A DNA stretch of 64,000 nt from Eledone cirrhosa (Eukaryota), in NCBI GenBank assembly GCA_964016885.1, contig OZ024748.1, positions 33,852,001-33,916,000 of the forward strand. Reading direction: 5' to 3'. A program made the translations under genes and the position numbers. The stretch's first letter is position 1; every line of letters starts with the position of its first letter. Shown piece after piece: positions 59,205 through 64,000 of this stretch. Below the pieces are notes generated by a model. The model ran no database searches, had not been told where the DNA came from, and saw nothing but the letters and a program-made list of their open reading frames with translations.

Positions 59205-61500
59205 AGCCATCCGGCTGAGGCCATGCTGGGGCACCGCCTTAGTTGCTACACATTTTATCTCCAGCCTGTATTGGTTGGCTACTGGTGTAAGAGGGAGTTT
59301 GTTGCTGCTGCCCTTAGGTTTCCCTCGTGCCCTGCTGTGGGCTCATCCGGGATCCTGGATTGCAAGGTGTCGAGATGTTTCTTGAAGACATCCACCTCCA
59401 CACCATGCAAATCTCTCAGATCCCACGGCAGATTGTTGAAGAGTTGAGGGCCCTTGAATCCCAGGCTATTGCAATATCTGCTCCTTATTCTAGATCTGGA
59501 AGACGGGACATTTGGCACCACACAGTGACATCCTGTTCGACGGTTGGTCCAGCTCCCAATGCCAAAGTTTGGTGCTAGTCCCTCCAGGATTTTCCACATG
59601 TAGATCACTGCGTATCTCTCCCGTCTTTGTTCCAAGGAGTAGAGGTTCAGTTCTTTTAGCCTCTCCCAGTAGCTTGTCTCCTTCATCGTGGCAATCCTCT
59701 TGGTGTAGCTTCGCTGGATTGCCTCAAGCTCCGTGGTTAGTTTGACACTATGGGGTAACCACAAAGTGGAGCAATATTCCAGGCGGCGTAGGACAAATGT
59801 CCTCCATAGTATCAACATGGTGTCTCGGTCTCTTGTCCGGAAAGTCCTCAAGATTCAGCCAGCGAGTCGTCTGCACATTGTCGCCACTTTCATGTGTGAG
59901 GAAAAAGATGCATCATCGCTCATGTCTATGCCCAGGTCTCGTATCGATTTTGACACGGGAATATCGATCCCTCCCGGTCCTGCGTAACTGTGTAGTACTG
60001 TATTTGTGTTTCCAGGTTTGTATTGTAGGGCTTGGAATTTGCCAGCATTAAACTGCATGTTGTTTTCTTCCGCCTATTTGTATATGGCATCCAGATCTTG
60101 TTGTAAAAGGGCAGCGTCAGCCGGGTTTTTGATTGTCTGTGCTACCTTATTATCATCAGCATAGCTATTGAGGGATGTTGTTGTATGTACTACAGAGGGC
60201 ATGTCTGAGAGAGCCACCAAAAACAGTAGTGGTCCCAGGACTGTCCCTTGGGGTACCCCACTTGTTATTGATGTTTCCTTTGAGAGGTCCCCGTTTGCTG
60301 CGACTGTCTATGTACTATCAGTGTGTCACAGACTGAGTTTGAATGTGTCAACAGTACAATTGGTTTGACATCTTCACGGATATACAAAGCAACCCCACCA
60401 CGAGTTCTCTCCTTCCTGTCTGAACGAAATACAGTGTATTTCGGTATATGTATCTCTGCATCTGCTATGCTGTTTGTCAGGTGCCTTTCGGTTAGTGCCA
60501 TGCATAATGCTTGATTGGTTATGGCTAAGTCTCCCAGGTAGGAAATTTTATTCAGTTTACTGAGTTTCACCAGGCCTCTGACATTCAGCAGCAGCACTGG
60601 TGTGACTTTTGGGGTGCCAGTAATGGCTGTCAGTATGACATCTTGTCTGGTGTCAGCGGCGATCACTCTGGGTCCCTTAATTGTGGTGGTCTCGAGTGCT
60701 GGTGTGGGTGACCCTGGCTCTGGAGACGATGCAGCCAGGTCAGCTGTCCCACAATCTTCTCTGCCATCACTAAAAAATGTTTCTGCTCTGCTGCTGCCAT
60801 CTGTATCTCGTCGGCATGTGCGTGCCTTCTCCTTGTTGGCGCGGCACGCGCGACATCAGCATACTTCTAGAGCGGCTTGTTTTGGCCCTGGTTGGGGCAT
60901 GTTGCGCGAGTAGGATGGGCATAGTTTCTTTGGGACCTGGGGTGGGCGAATCTGCAGCCCATCCCTGTCTCTCTATGCCAGCAGGTCCTGTTCCTGAAAA
61001 ACTTTCGCATTACTTGGGCTATCTTGCTCCCAGTGTCTCGGTGCTTTGTTCTTCCCTTGAACAGTTGTCGACTGGTCCCTCTGCGCTTGGTTCTCCTTCG
61101 GAAGGTAATTTCGCTTCCCACCTTTACCGTTTGCTTGTTGGTTGCCAGGCCTGCCCTCCCTGACTGCCTGACTGTGGCGGCGGGTATCTCATTTTCTTTC
61201 AGATCCGTGCTTGTGCTTTCCTCCTTTTCTGTTTCCTCTCCTTTCTCTTCGTTTTTCTCCTCCCCGAGGACACGGCTTAGCACCGCCATATGTGGCGCTA
61301 TGAGGACATAGGCCTTCTCGATTTTTTTTCTCTTTCTCTCTATCTGTGCCAGGGTCCTCAGAAACCCATGACTCTTCAGGGTCTTCGCAATATTTTTGCT
61401 TGATGGTGACCCATCAGCCAGGCTCCACCCCTTGATCAAAACCGCTAGTTCCATCTTTGACCAGATTCACTGACTCCTAAATTCACCTTTTCCCTGTATG
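59205..61500 (-). mobile_element. CR1-group LINE remnant with internal deletion (ORF1 fragment, APE start, RT C-terminus)
   Basis: Minus-strand motifs GVPQGTVLGPLLF, SYADD, MQFNAGKF, RDLGI, RLEYCSTLW, LKELNLYSLEQRR. APE start LLNVRGL..LTERHL..RSDR..RGGVALY joins directly to RT near 60307. ORF1-like 61454-60867 has a degenerate CCCH finger. Confidence 0.85.
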
Positions 61501-61519
61501 CAGTCCATTTCGCTGTGGA

Positions 61520-61895
61520 GGGGAGAAAGAGAGATAGTGGGGAGGGGAGGGTAGAGGTTAAAGAGGGACAGAGGGAGATACAAGTCCAGTGAGAAAATTA
61601 AAGGAGCGATTTAGAGGGGAAGAGAGAGAGAGGGGAAGAGAGAGGGGAAGAGAGAGCCTTGCGATCTAGAGAGAGAGAAAAAGAAACAGAAGAAAGAAAG
61701 GGGAGAGTGACAGGAAAGGAGCGAGAGAGATAGCGGGAAGAGTGGGGAGAAAGGTTAGAGAGAGGGAGATAGATAAGTCCGGTGAGAAATTCAAAGTGCG
61801 ATTAAGAGAGAGAGAGAGCTCGTGTGATCTAGAGAGAGAGAAAGGAAGAAGGAGAGAGAGAGCGTGAGAAATAGTAATGCAGAGAGAGAGAGGGA
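61520..61895. repeat. (GA)-rich low-complexity tract, probably the 5' region of the CR1-group element
   Basis: Read directly from the sequence. Confidence 0.6.
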
Positions 61896-62378
61896 ATATA
61901 CCAATAGTAACCAAAGAGAATATTAATAATAAATATCGTTCAAAGAATATTTCGCGATTAAAACACCGAAACAATGTGAAAAACAAACGATATCAACAGG
62001 AAATATGAAAGGAGACAGAATAAATTAAGATAAAAGAAAATAAGATAAATTTAAAATAAATTAAATGAATGAAACCCAAATAGGTTAAAGATATAGAAGC
62101 ACGAAGATTTATAGAGGTTGTCTTTAAGCTGATTTCAAATGTAGGTGTCGTTTGCCTACAAATATAAATAACGTAGTTATTGTAATATCAGTATACCAAA
62201 AAAAAAACAACAAACACACATGCTCACCGAATGAAGACTAAAAATAAAGTTATACTAAATTATGTTACTCAAGATAAAACAAAATAATATAAAATCTACT
62301 TAAATATATATGTATATATATGTATATATTTATATGTATATATATATATATGTATATATATATATGTATATATATATA

Positions 62379-62428
<50 letters not shown>

Positions 62429-62586
62429 GGTATATATACGTATATATATAGGTATATATATGTGTATATATGTATATATATGTATATATATATATGTATA
62501 TATATGTATATATATATATATGTATATATATATATGTATATATATGTATATATATATATGTATATATATATATGTATATATATATG

Positions 62587-62617
<31 letters not shown>

Positions 62618-62756
62618 TTATATAAGTATATATATATATGTATATATTTATATAAGTATATATATATATGTATATATATATGTATATATATATGTATATA
62701 TTTATATAAGTATATATATATGTATATATATATGTATATATATATATATATATGTA

Positions 62757-62969
62757 TATATACAATATATTAATAAATGGAAACTATATTTATAAAACCA
62801 TAATTATTTTATTATATATATTTCAAGGGCAACCAAGGTAAATTATGGTCCGCTTTCATCAGATAAAATACAGATTTGTTTTATAAATAAATATTGACAT
62901 ACCCAGAAAAAAGACAACCTCAACGGTTGAAATTCGCTGGATACATATATATATACACATATATATATT

Positions 62970-63061
<92 letters not shown>

Positions 63062-63360
63062 CATATATATACATATATCCATATGTATCCAGCGTGTTTC
63101 AACCGTTGACGTTGTCTTTTTTCCGGGTATGTCAATATTTATTTATAAAACAAATCTGTATTTTATCTGATGAAAGCGCACCATAATTTACCTTGGTTGC
63201 CCTTGAAATATATATAATGAAATAATTATGGTTTTATAAATATAGTTTCCATTTATTAATATATTGTATATTTACTCCACTAATTTGTCAAGTGCTTTAT
63301 ATCAGTTATAAAAAAATCTTAAGCTTGTTGAATCCCAACAAATTAAATATAACCTCTGCA
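62757..63360. mobile_element. Head-to-head inverted pair of hammerhead modules around a (TA)n core; both cores intact
   Basis: Minus-strand hammerhead at 62805-62870 (TCATCAG at 62856). Plus-strand hammerhead at 63159-63224 (CTGATGA 63167, GAAA 63205). The arms are imperfect reverse complements. Confidence 0.82.
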
Positions 63361-63370
63361 TATATGTATA

Positions 63371-64000
63371 TCATCATCATCATCATCATCAACGTTTAAC
63401 GTCCGTGTTCCACGCTTGCATGGGTTTGGACGGGGGTAGTCCCACTTGAGGCAAGAGTGATTGTCTTGCTCGCATAGGACTGTCTGGCAGGTTTTCTACA
63501 GTTGGATGCCCTTCCTAACACCAACCACATTTACAGCGTGGGTCTGGGAGGTTTTTACCGTGTTGCCTACACGGCCACATTACAGCGTGGACTGTGTGTT
63601 TTTTTGTCGTGACACCTACACGATCTCATTTGTTTCGGCCTGGATGGCGCGGCACCAACATAACTTTACATAGAACGGGGTGGTGTGGATGGGGTGGGGG
63701 TGGTGGGGGTGGGACGGGGTGTATTTTGTTAGAGATGCCTACTGGCTGGAGTAGGTTTTACTATATATTTAGGTAAGGCGGGTCTTCTCTGTTACTGAGT
63801 ACCGCCAAAGGTCTCGGTCCAGTGACATTGTCTTGGAGAGGTGTAAGTGTGTGATGTCGGAGTTTATCAGCTCGTCCCAGGTTTTTCTAGGTCTGCCTAT
63901 TCCGTGACTACCGTCTATCTTTATTGCCCTGCACTTTGTTATACAGCTATCGACTTTCATGCGCATCACGTGTCCATACCAACGTAGCCTTCTCTCGAGT
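63371..64000 (-). mobile_element. RTE/RTE-X LINE family A, copy 3 (3' end; continues beyond the window)
   Basis: Reverse complement of about 23860-24505 with a small 3' UTR indel; (TCA)n tail. Confidence 0.93.

Noticed and set aside
60867-61454. Host gene (195 aa)
   Set aside because: It lies immediately upstream of the CR1-group APE/RT on the same strand and is best explained as LINE ORF1.

Overview
Eukaryotic, repeat-dominated DNA with no recognisable host gene. The multi-kb (TA)n/(TATG)n tracts and the LINE tail AAACCCATGC..GGACGTTAAACG(T)TGATGATG resemble octopus/cephalopod genomes (inference from repeat style only). In order: a decayed autonomous Helitron with its 3' hairpin-CTAG end (1-3906); a nearly homogeneous array of about 33.6 copies of a 498-bp unit (3964-20730); an apparently intact RTE/RTE-X LINE ORF (AP endonuclease + RT + PHD finger) plus truncated or diverged relatives; three copies of a structured ~600-bp non-coding element; a non-autonomous Helitron; several Penelope-like (PLE, RT/GIY-YIG) fragments with inverted terminal duplications; a DD36E Tc1-like transposon; and a deleted CR1-group LINE. 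The most notable signal is a set of eleven minimal type-I hammerhead ribozyme motifs (CUGANGA..GAAA core, several degenerate) in about five sequence variants. They include a 312-bp retrozyme-like repeat and a ~250-300 bp hammerhead module found repeatedly as head-to-head inverted pairs inside (TA)n tracts. All calls are from reading the sequence; no searches or folding were run.
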